From the IMG/VR virus record IMGVR_UViG_2706795655_000001: 64,000 bases of DNA, one strand, 5' to 3'. The notes under the pieces were generated by a model. That model was not told where the DNA came from. It did no database searches and saw only the letters and a list, made by a program, of their open reading frames with translations. Source of the DNA: a virus. Taxonomy: Duplodnaviria > Heunggongvirae > Uroviricota > Caudoviricetes > Herelleviridae. This document shows, piece after piece, positions 35,611 through 44,078 of this stretch (its first letter is position 1; each line of letters begins with the position of its first letter). The position numbers and the translations under genes are program-made.

Positions 35611-37320
35611 ATGGCAATTTCATATGGTTTCAATAGAAAACGTCCACGTACCGAAGTGTTCTTGGACTCAACAGCTTTAGGTTCTGCAAATGCCCAAAGT
35701 GAAAAACCAGTCATCATTCTTGGTTCAGCTACAGATGGCAAACCATTAGAACCAGTAGAGTTAACAAACTTAGCTCAAGCTCGTAGCGCATTCCAAAGCG
35801 GAGAATTAGTAGACGCTATCGAGATGGCTTGGAATCCAGCAGCAGGTGTAGGTGGAGCAGGTAAGATTTACGCTGTACGTGTAGATGAAGCGAAACAAGC
35901 ATCATTAGTATCTAGCGGATTAACATTTACATCTAACGTATATGGTGCAGACGCGAACAACATCCAAGTTCAATTAATGGATAACGCTATTACGGGTGCT
36001 AAACGTGTAGGTGTCTACTTCACAAAAGTAGGTTACGAGAAAGTATACGACAATATTGGTAACATCTTCAATATTACATATACAGGCGCACAAAAAGGTA
36101 ACATCGAGGTAAAAGTAAACGCTACTACTAAACTAGCAGAGAAGTTAATCCTAAAGGTTGGTGCAGACACACAATCAATGACAGAAGTTCGCACTTACGA
36201 ATTAGGAGTGGGCGTATACGAGGACGTTAACGCGCTTGTAAACGACATTGCTAACTTACCAGACTTTAAAGCTTCTATGAACTCTCTAGGAGGCTATAAG
36301 GACGTTAGAACGCAATACCTTGACGTACTAGCTGCTAAAGACATGACGAAAGATGCTCCATTAGCTGTTAAAGCTATCGCGGCTGACATCGCTAACACAC
36401 TAGCAAATGACCGTTACGTATCTGTTGCAGTAGATTTCACTAAAACGGTTCCAGCTACAATCCCAGTTACTAGTTTATCGGGCGGAGAAACAAAAGCTCC
36501 TAAGACTTCTTGGGCGGAAACATTCCTTAAAGTAGCGGACTTAGGCGGTTACTACATTGTACCATTAACAGCAAGTGAATCTGTACATGCAGAGCTTTCA
36601 CACTTCTTACGTACCGAATCAACTTCTGGTAACCAGTTACGCGGATTCGTTGGTGGCGGTTTAGAAGAGACATTCGAAAGCCTTAAAGCTCGTCAATCTA
36701 ACTTACGTAACGCTCGTGTAGCGGTTGTAGGTGACGACGTAGTTCGTCGTATGGCTGATGGTCGCGTATACAAAGCTCCGGGTTACATGTACGCAGCTCA
36801 AGTAGCAGGTTTAGCAAGTGGACTAGCAGTAGGTGAACCGATTACTTACAAAAAAATGAACATCGAGTCATTAGGTAAGAAATACATCGGGGAGCAGTTA
36901 GACCAATTAGATGCAGCAGGGGTAGTAATGACAGAGTTCGCTCGTAATACGAAAGGTTCAACTTTCCGTATCGTTTCTGACCCAACATCTTACAACCGTA
37001 TCGATGAGCCTGTACAAAACCGCATCTCTCTAGGAGAGGTTTCTGACTTCTTAACTACAGAGTTACGCACAGTCCTTGATGAAGAGTTTATCGGAACTCG
37101 TCTCCGTAACACTTCTGCTTCAATCATCAAGAACCGTATCGAGTCATTCTTAGATGTTCAGAAGAACGTAGATGGCTTAATCGTTAACTACAGCCCAGAA
37201 GACATCCAAGTAGTTATCAACGGTAACACAGCAATCATCAACATCGCGGTACAACCAACACAAGGATTAGACTACATCAACGTGTACCTATCTTACAAAG
37301 ATAACCAGATGTCTGCATAA
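35611..37320 (+). CDS. Tail sheath protein
   Basis: RKRPRTEV, GELVDAIEMAWNP, RISLGEVSDFL. Confidence 0.95.
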   Translation: MAISYGFNRKRPRTEVFLDSTALGSANAQSEKPVIILGSATDGKPLEPVELTNLAQARSAFQSGELVDAIEMAWNPAAGVGGAGKIYAVRVDEAKQASLVSSGLTFTSNVYGADANNIQVQLMDNAITGAKRVGVYFTKVGYEKVYDNIGNIFNITYTGAQKGNIEVKVNATTKLAEKLILKVGADTQSMTEVRTYELGVGVYEDVNALVNDIANLPDFKASMNSLGGYKDVRTQYLDVLAAKDMTKDAPLAVKAIAADIANTLANDRYVSVAVDFTKTVPATIPVTSLSGGETKAPKTSWAETFLKVADLGGYYIVPLTASESVHAELSHFLRTESTSGNQLRGFVGGGLEETFESLKARQSNLRNARVAVVGDDVVRRMADGRVYKAPGYMYAAQVAGLASGLAVGEPITYKKMNIESLGKKYIGEQLDQLDAAGVVMTEFARNTKGSTFRIVSDPTSYNRIDEPVQNRISLGEVSDFLTTELRTVLDEEFIGTRLRNTSASIIKNRIESFLDVQKNVDGLIVNYSPEDIQVVINGNTAIINIAVQPTQGLDYINVYLSYKDNQMSA

Positions 37321-37375
37321 TCGGAGGGGACAAGTTCCCCTCTACTAAAATTTAATAATAGGAGTGAATGAATAT

Positions 37376-37804
37376 ATGGCAAGTTTAGCTAATCAAACTG
37401 TCCAATCGGCAAATACCGTGTACTTTATGATTAAGAACGTTCCGATTGCCCGCGCTCAATCTATCAGCTCTGAACGTTCATTCGGTACTCAAGGTGTTTA
37501 CCAAATTGGTTCCATCATGCCACAGGAACACGTATACTTACGTTACGAAGGTTCTGTAACGGTAGAGCGTTTCCGAATGAAGAAAGAGAACTTAGCTTCT
37601 CTAGGGTTCGCAGCACTAGGCGAAGAAGTTTTACAAATGGATATCATGGACATTGTACTATACGATAACTTAACACAAGAAGTAGTAATCGCGTATCGCG
37701 GTTGCTCTATCGACAGCTACAATGAAAGTGTTAACGTTGGTGAAATCAGTTCAGAGACAGCTCGTTTCTACTTCTTGACTTCTGCTAACGTTCGTAGCGC
37801 ATAA
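37376..37804 (+). CDS. Tail tube protein
   Basis: MASLANQTVQSANTVYFMIKN...GVYQIGSIMPQEHV; follows the sheath. Confidence 0.92.
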   Translation: MASLANQTVQSANTVYFMIKNVPIARAQSISSERSFGTQGVYQIGSIMPQEHVYLRYEGSVTVERFRMKKENLASLGFAALGEEVLQMDIMDIVLYDNLTQEVVIAYRGCSIDSYNESVNVGEISSETARFYFLTSANVRSA

Positions 37805-37810
37805 TAATTA

Positions 37811-37839
37811 AGAGACTATTAATTTAGTCTCTTTTTTTT
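37811..37839 (+). terminator. Terminator after the tail tube
   Basis: AGAGACTA/TAGTCTCT + T tract. Confidence 0.85.
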
Positions 37840-37840
37840 G

Positions 37841-37868
37841 TTGACATTTTTTAGAAGCTATGTATACT
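37841..37868 (+). promoter_or_regulatory. Early-type promoter TTGACA-16-TG-TATACT
   Basis: TTGTTGACATTT family context. Confidence 0.65.
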
Positions 37869-37889
37869 AAAAGTAAAGGAGGAGATAAT

Positions 37890-38042
37890 ATGAAAAGACA
37901 AGAATTAGTTAAAGAAAGGTACGAAGTTATTGATAAGCTAAAGAATAAGGAGCTTACACAGAAAGAAGAAAATTCATTAAGATTGAAGAAGTATTATTTA
38001 GAACAAGAATTAATCTATAGAAATAACCCTAGATTCACATAA
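37890..38042 (+). CDS. Small hypothetical protein (island)
   Basis: AAAGGAGGAGATAAT RBS. Confidence 0.75.
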   Translation: MKRQELVKERYEVIDKLKNKELTQKEENSLRLKKYYLEQELIYRNNPRFT

Positions 38043-38056
38043 AAGGAGGAGATAAT

Positions 38057-38329
38057 ATGAAGAAGCCAACGAAATTAGTTAAGTACATTGCGGACAAACT
38101 GTTACCAGACAACGCGAAAATTACATACTTCGATAGCCTAATCATCTATTTAGAGGATAGTTACGGATGTGAGTTCGTTATAAAGGTAGATACAACACCT
38201 CACACTATTAGAGCATTTCTATATCATTGCGACTATACTTACGATGATGAGTGTTATCTAGTACAACACGAAACATATATCAAAGGGATGACGTTTACAA
38301 TTACACAAATCAAGGAGGAATTGAAATGA
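38057..38329 (+). CDS. Hypothetical protein, 90 aa (island)
   Basis: Same 20-bp initiation region as the previous gene. Confidence 0.75.
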   Translation: MKKPTKLVKYIADKLLPDNAKITYFDSLIIYLEDSYGCEFVIKVDTTPHTIRAFLYHCDYTYDDECYLVQHETYIKGMTFTITQIKEELK

Positions 38330-38856
38330 GTTATAACGATTTTATTGATGAGAGGTTAAGAGATTTACAAAGACAAGCTAGTTTCCATCAACTATATGGA
38401 GAAGTATCAGTACCAAAAAATGTTAAAATGTACAAGAACACGGAAGTAAAAACAGAAGAGTCTAAGAAGAAACTGGGATTAGATTTTGCGGGGAATGCAG
38501 AATTGAGAGTGTTATCTTATATGATGCACGACCAGATGCAGGAACAAACACGTATTTTAACAGATAGAATAAGGGAAATGCAAGATATGAAATTCCGTAA
38601 GTGGTTGTATACCGTTGTACTGTCTGACTTCGGTTATGACTTCATTGGTTGTAAAATGGAAAGTGTCGAACCTAACCACATTAGGTTGACTAATGTATTA
38701 TCCGATGATTCCTTAGATTTATATGTAGAGCGTACAGAGGTAGAAAACTTTACTAACCAGTGGATGGAGTTACAATGGGAACTACACCAAAAAGGTGAAA
38801 AAATAAAAGAAGGTAGAGATTTCTTGAATATGGAGATTAAACTATTCCATAATTAA
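38326..38856 (+). CDS. Hypothetical protein, 176 aa (island)
   Basis: AAGGAGG RBS; ATGA overlap. Confidence 0.75.
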   Translation: MSYNDFIDERLRDLQRQASFHQLYGEVSVPKNVKMYKNTEVKTEESKKKLGLDFAGNAELRVLSYMMHDQMQEQTRILTDRIREMQDMKFRKWLYTVVLSDFGYDFIGCKMESVEPNHIRLTNVLSDDSLDLYVERTEVENFTNQWMELQWELHQKGEKIKEGRDFLNMEIKLFHN

Positions 38857-38940
38857 TATATCAAAAAAATGTTACAAGAAGCTGTCGTAATGATGGCTTC
38901 TTTTGTTATATTATATGTATGTTCAGAAAGGAGTGAAGTC

Positions 38941-41313
38941 ATGTCTAGTCCGTATCATACTGCATTTAGAAATGGGATGTACACAGGACAAAATGAGGAT
39001 TTATTTAGGCACCTAGAACTAGACTTGTTAAAAGCAATCAAAAAAGTAAACGGAATTACACCGGATGAAAACGGTAATATCAATATACCTGTCGGGGGTA
39101 GCTCTGAACTAGCACATTTAGAAGATGTTAGTTTGGTAGGTATGACCGATAAAGATGTTCTTACATACGACTCTACTTTAGGTAAATGGGTTCCAGCACC
39201 GAATCAAGGTAAAGCTTCCTCATATATACTAGAGTTGAGTAAGTGGGGTATAAGTAATGTAGGAACAAAAGCAACAGAGACAACTACAGGAATCAATAAC
39301 GCATTAGATTGGGCTAGTAATAATGGTTTCACAGATGTAGTATTCCCTAAAGGAACCTACCTTATTAGCAAGGATAGTGCGGTAAAACCTGTAGATTATT
39401 TAACAATAGATTTAAACGGAGCTACACTAAAGAAGGAAACGAACAACCTTCAAACATACAGCGTAGTTAGTTTTAAGCATAACCAGAAATACGTAACAAT
39501 TAAGAATGGTAAAATAGTAGGTGACAAAGACTTACACGACTATAGTAGTGGCGGAACGCATGAAGGTGGATACGGTATAGAGCTAGGTAGTTTTTCTCCT
39601 CCAGCAGATGGCGGCAATAACTTACGATTTATTGTATTAGAAAATTTAGAAATATCTGATTTTACAGGAGATTCTATCACACTGAATAGTTCCTTTGGTC
39701 AGATTCTACCTACACCTACAAACCTAGCATCATCATGGGAATTAGGAACGATAAGCAATACAGATGGTACCCTTGCTGCTAGTACAACTAAAATCCGTTC
39801 AACATTAAAGTTCGATATGACGCAGCCACTTATTACAAAATATAAATATTTCGGTTTATACGGAAATGGATATGGTGGATTAGGTGCTGATATTAAATGT
39901 GATTACTACGATGTAATTTTCTATAAATCAAACGACGCATTTATATCTTCTGCTAAGAGTGTGCAATTCTTCGATGAAGTAGAAGTACCAACTGGAGCAA
40001 GTTACGCAAGAGTCGTACTTCACCAATCTAACGTACCTGTAGCAGCTAACTGTACAATAAATGTTCGTGTCCCTACTTTTGCACAGTTCGTGTACATAAA
40101 CAAGTGCGACTTACACCATAATAGAAGACAAGGTATATCTGTTTGTGGAGCGAAAAACCTTTACATAGATGGAAACCAGATACATCATATTTCGGGTGTA
40201 GACCCACAATCCGGGATAGATATAGAGGATGGATACGACCTAAACCAGATGATACACATTAATAAAAACTTCTTCTACAGCAATGAGAAGTACAATATCA
40301 TCGTAGTTAATGGTAAAAACATCTTCGTTAAGGACAATGTATTATTGCCTCCTACTAACAGTGGGTACGTAAGTTTAGCGATAAACGGTGGAGCAGATAA
40401 AGTAGTAGCTACGGGTAATATCATTAGATTTAGTAAGGTTACCCTGTTCGGCGAAGTCTTATTCGCTAACAACTACATGTACGGATGTCAGGTTACATCT
40501 ACTGTAGCATACGCAACAAAACAAACGAAGATAGAAGGATGTACATTCCATAACTGTAAATACGTATCGGATAATCCATACCCATTCTCTGTTACGGTAG
40601 ATAACTGCTCATTCTTCAATGATGTGGACAAACTAAATGTATTATCAAATAGCATCCAATGGACGTTAGAGGTAAAACAAGAACCGCAATCCTTTGTTAA
40701 CTGTATCTTTCAAGGTAAAGATGTAAACTACTTGACTTACGTAGGTAGCGCTGCTTCATTTAAACAAGGATGGATATTCCAGAACTGTAAGTTTAAAAAC
40801 ACAAAAGACACTGGGTTACTTTGCGGTACATACGTTAACTGTGATTTCACTGAACTAAGTACATTCATGAATATATCTAGAAACACGGATGCTACGAATT
40901 CTCTAGAATTAGTTAACTGTAACTTCTCTTCTACAGATGGTAACAACGCGCTATTAACTGTTACACAATTGAAATCATTCATCATGAAGGGTTGTAAAGT
41001 AGATAAGACTAGCGGATACATTCTCACAGTCCAGAACGTAAACGATGAAGTATTCATAACAGATAATATCCTTAAACAGACAAATGATGCATTACCGAGA
41101 GCGATGGTTACGGTTGAGGCGACTTTCACAGGTAGCGCAATCATCATGAAGGATAATTACTTCCGAGCAAAGAACAATTCTCAAGTTGCTATAAATGATT
41201 TAACAACAAATACACCAGCTTTTGTAATACAAAATAACGTCCTAAACAAAGCTACAATCAACAGTACCAGCACATTAAAATCTAACAATGTAGTTAACGG
41301 AGTAGTGCAGTAA
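38941..41313 (+). CDS. Right-handed beta-helix (pectate-lyase-like) protein, candidate depolymerase/fibre
   Basis: AINNALDWA..VVFPKGTYLI, HHNRRQGISV, GIDIEDG repeats; late motif at 38904-38913. Confidence 0.8.
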   Translation: MSSPYHTAFRNGMYTGQNEDLFRHLELDLLKAIKKVNGITPDENGNINIPVGGSSELAHLEDVSLVGMTDKDVLTYDSTLGKWVPAPNQGKASSYILELSKWGISNVGTKATETTTGINNALDWASNNGFTDVVFPKGTYLISKDSAVKPVDYLTIDLNGATLKKETNNLQTYSVVSFKHNQKYVTIKNGKIVGDKDLHDYSSGGTHEGGYGIELGSFSPPADGGNNLRFIVLENLEISDFTGDSITLNSSFGQILPTPTNLASSWELGTISNTDGTLAASTTKIRSTLKFDMTQPLITKYKYFGLYGNGYGGLGADIKCDYYDVIFYKSNDAFISSAKSVQFFDEVEVPTGASYARVVLHQSNVPVAANCTINVRVPTFAQFVYINKCDLHHNRRQGISVCGAKNLYIDGNQIHHISGVDPQSGIDIEDGYDLNQMIHINKNFFYSNEKYNIIVVNGKNIFVKDNVLLPPTNSGYVSLAINGGADKVVATGNIIRFSKVTLFGEVLFANNYMYGCQVTSTVAYATKQTKIEGCTFHNCKYVSDNPYPFSVTVDNCSFFNDVDKLNVLSNSIQWTLEVKQEPQSFVNCIFQGKDVNYLTYVGSAASFKQGWIFQNCKFKNTKDTGLLCGTYVNCDFTELSTFMNISRNTDATNSLELVNCNFSSTDGNNALLTVTQLKSFIMKGCKVDKTSGYILTVQNVNDEVFITDNILKQTNDALPRAMVTVEATFTGSAIIMKDNYFRAKNNSQVAINDLTTNTPAFVIQNNVLNKATINSTSTLKSNNVVNGVVQ

Positions 41314-41349
41314 TACACGCGCTACTCTTTTCTTATTGACTTAAAGTTT

Positions 41350-41377
41350 ATTACAATACCTTTACAATTTCTTTACA
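41350..41377 (-). promoter_or_regulatory. Triple WalR (YycF) box
   Basis: Minus strand TGTAAA-N5-TGTAAA-N5-TGTAAT matches TGT(A/T)A(A/T/C)-N5-TGT(A/T)A(A/T/C). Confidence 0.7.
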
Positions 41378-41454
41378 TCCAATGATTTCCTGTACATTTG
41401 TGTTACATTAGTAAGTATAAGCAATACAAATATAATGTAGAGGAGAACGAATTA

Positions 41455-42069
41455 ATGAAAACATTGAGGAATATTGTAACAACATTAGCAATCGGTACAG
41501 GAATTTTGTTCGTAGGGGGTCACAGCGCACAAGCAAGTGAGACAAGCGTAGTAGATTACCTATACCAAAAAGGGGAAGACCACAGCTTCTCAAATCGTAG
41601 TGAACTAGCTTCTAATTACGGAATCGCTAACTACATAGGAACAGCGCAACAAAATATTAATCTATTATCGTTACTAAAAGGTAACACAGGAGAAGTAGTA
41701 CATACGCAAGCTCCGGTTCAAGCAGAACCTAAGAAAGAAGTATCAGCTCAAAAACCACAAGGTAAAACAATTACAGTTCTAGCTACAGCATATACATCTC
41801 ATCCTAGTGAAAACGGTGGTACATACGGAGGACAAGTGTTAACTGCTACAGGGTTTAACTTAAGTAAAAATCCAAACGCTAAAGTTATCGCAGTAGACCC
41901 AAGAGTAATTCCATTAGGCTCTAAAGTATACGTAGAAGGATACGGAGAAGCAATGGCTCTTGACACTGGCGGTGCCATAAAAGGAAACAGAATCGATGTA
42001 TTGATGCCATCTAAATCTCAATCTAGCGACTGGGGAAGAAAAACAGTACAAGTAACAATCCTAAATTAA
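41455..42069 (+). CDS. Secreted 3D-domain cell-wall protein with DUF3597-like N-domain
   Basis: Signal peptide (AQA|S); ATAYT, IAVDPRVIPLGSKVYV, ALDTGGAIKGNRIDV. Confidence 0.9.
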   Translation: MKTLRNIVTTLAIGTGILFVGGHSAQASETSVVDYLYQKGEDHSFSNRSELASNYGIANYIGTAQQNINLLSLLKGNTGEVVHTQAPVQAEPKKEVSAQKPQGKTITVLATAYTSHPSENGGTYGGQVLTATGFNLSKNPNAKVIAVDPRVIPLGSKVYVEGYGEAMALDTGGAIKGNRIDVLMPSKSQSSDWGRKTVQVTILN

Positions 42070-42081
42070 TAGACTATTAAG

Positions 42082-42113
42082 TAGACACGAAAAATAATCG
42101 TGTCTATTTTTTT
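42082..42113 (+). terminator. Terminator
   Basis: TAGACACGA/TCGTGTCTA + T tract. Confidence 0.85.
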
Positions 42114-42122
42114 ATTTTCTTG

Positions 42123-42151
42123 TTGACTTTTGGGAAATGCCTAATTATACT
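42123..42151 (+). promoter_or_regulatory. Early promoter TTGACT-17-TATACT
   Basis: Family member. Confidence 0.8.
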
Positions 42152-42182
42152 AAAGTTATCAAATGACAAGGAGATGCATAAA

Positions 42183-42866
42183 ATGACATCAACATTTACA
42201 GAAAGACAAGCTATAGAGAGAATGATGAATTATATCGAAGAGGAGCGCTCTCGTTTATATACAGAGTACGTAAAGAACTTAGATAGATTAAGAGAGTTAG
42301 ACGAAATCGATAGAATGAGTGAACAAGCTGCTAAAGTAGACGAGGTTATGTCAGAAGCTTATGAGCGCCCAATGGTATCTATCGAAGATGTAGAACAAGC
42401 TAATAAGAACGCAAGAGAAGAATTCAGAAAAATAATCCCGGAAGTTATGGAAGAAATAAAAGCTCATTTCGATAAGATGAAGGAAGAAGAGAAAGAACAA
42501 AGAGATAACGACTTCCAACCTACAAACTTATGTAACGAAGTTGAGCAATATCTTCCGCCTCTTAACGTGGACGAGCCTAAAGTGGACGAGCCTAAAGAAA
42601 AACCTTCTGCTGGTCTTGAACCCGGTATGCTGCAAATGAAGAAAACACTTATGAGAGGTACTACAAACGATAACAAGGTAGTTTCTCAATTCGCTAAAGT
42701 CATCCTTAAAGAAAATGTAGAACCGATGAAAGGTAAGAAGTTAGTTGAAGCTTTAAATAATACCGGGATTCAAATGAAGCATCCCCACGAAACATTAAGA
42801 CAAATTATGCTACACGAACCAACAATTCAAAGAGTAGCGCATGGTTACTATCAATATGTTAAGTAA
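42183..42866 (+). CDS. Rok-like protein (N-terminal oligomerisation helix, C-terminal winged helix)
   Basis: FTERQAI...ER..LY...LRELD N-terminus; IL.E...MK...L...G...M..P.I....GYY.Y C-terminus. Confidence 0.55.
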   Translation: MTSTFTERQAIERMMNYIEEERSRLYTEYVKNLDRLRELDEIDRMSEQAAKVDEVMSEAYERPMVSIEDVEQANKNAREEFRKIIPEVMEEIKAHFDKMKEEEKEQRDNDFQPTNLCNEVEQYLPPLNVDEPKVDEPKEKPSAGLEPGMLQMKKTLMRGTTNDNKVVSQFAKVILKENVEPMKGKKLVEALNNTGIQMKHPHETLRQIMLHEPTIQRVAHGYYQYVK

Positions 42867-42875
42867 TTTGCTAGA

Positions 42876-42905
42876 GGACTATCCAACAAGTGGGTAGTCC
42901 TTTTT
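42876..42905 (+). terminator. Terminator
   Basis: GGACTATCC/GGGTAGTCC + T tract, followed by late motifs at 42907 and 42937. Confidence 0.85.
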
Positions 42906-42974
42906 ATGTTATAATAGATATATAGGGAAAAGCAAGTGCTATATTATTAATAGATAACTTAGGAGGCAAGGAAA

Positions 42975-43394
42975 ATGACAAATATACAAAAAGACATTGA
43001 GCATTTACAAGAGAAGAAAACGGCTGAACAGGTGGAAGCAGAAAAGCAACATGAGCAACGAGAAACGATTGATAGAATCATTCGAGGAAAGAACGATGTC
43101 TTCACGAAACACTACGAATTGCCGGAGCTAGATTTAGACTTTAGTATCTCAATCAAAGCACCTAACGCAATCGAGGTGGGTAAAATCCAAGCGATGACAT
43201 CAAGCTACTTAAGTGGAATGAACGTATACATGTCACAGTACTACTTAATTGTGTATCAAACGTTAGCATCCATTAGAGTATGCGGCAAAGAAATTCCAGA
43301 ATTTTTAAAAAATGATGAAGATATCTACAATTTAGAAATCTTATATGCTATCGGGGTTGATTATTCCGCATGGATGAATACCTTTCGCAGATAA
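42975..43394 (+). CDS. Tail assembly chaperone
   Basis: First of two genes before the tape measure; ends TTT CGC AGA TAA. Confidence 0.8.
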   Translation: MTNIQKDIEHLQEKKTAEQVEAEKQHEQRETIDRIIRGKNDVFTKHYELPELDLDFSISIKAPNAIEVGKIQAMTSSYLSGMNVYMSQYYLIVYQTLASIRVCGKEIPEFLKNDEDIYNLEILYAIGVDYSAWMNTFRR

Positions 43395-43440
43395 GGTAAA
43401 GCACTTTGGCGGATTAAAACAGTTAGCTCGTACTCCTTAT

Positions 43441-44019
43441 ATGCGAAACCTCTGGGCGCTAATGAGAGAGTTCAAGATATTACCAACTAGTCCAGAGTTT
43501 AAAGAGCTATCCGATATACAAATAGATTTAATGCTATATTCTATGGCGGAAGATGCTAGAGAAATGGAACGCGCACGTAAAGGCGTACAAGGCGATGGCG
43601 ACCACTACGATTCATCATTCGATGAAGAAGTATGGAACCGCGATGTTGGCGATTGGGAAGTACTTAAAGACGGTCACGATGGTACTAAGATTGCTGAACA
43701 GATTAATGCCATGACTAAAGCGGAAGACCTTAAAAACCTTGAGGGTCGATTCGACGGACTGGACGAGTACAATGAACATCTGGAAAACGGTGGCATGACA
43801 TCTCGTGAATCCGAAGTCACTCAATACATAAACAAACAGCTAGAGAAAGCCGAGGAGCTTGCTAGAGAACGTTCTAGAGGCGGTAAGGGTAAACGTCTAG
43901 TTGATGACCGGGAGCTTGCTGGCGAGGCTCCACAGTCCGATTACGCATTGAATAAGAAAGTAATGGACAAGGCTATTGCATTATTCGAAGACGATGACGA
44001 CGAATACACAGCACTTTAA
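43441..44019 (+). CDS. Tail assembly chaperone, second ORF (probable +1 frameshift extension)
   Basis: +1 frame open from 43378; no RBS before 43441. Confidence 0.75.
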   Translation: MRNLWALMREFKILPTSPEFKELSDIQIDLMLYSMAEDAREMERARKGVQGDGDHYDSSFDEEVWNRDVGDWEVLKDGHDGTKIAEQINAMTKAEDLKNLEGRFDGLDEYNEHLENGGMTSRESEVTQYINKQLEKAEELARERSRGGKGKRLVDDRELAGEAPQSDYALNKKVMDKAIALFEDDDDEYTAL

Positions 44020-44078
44020 AGTGGGTAGAGGCGATTTTCCCTCTACTTTTCTTTAAGTAAAAAGGATGGTGAGGGAAC

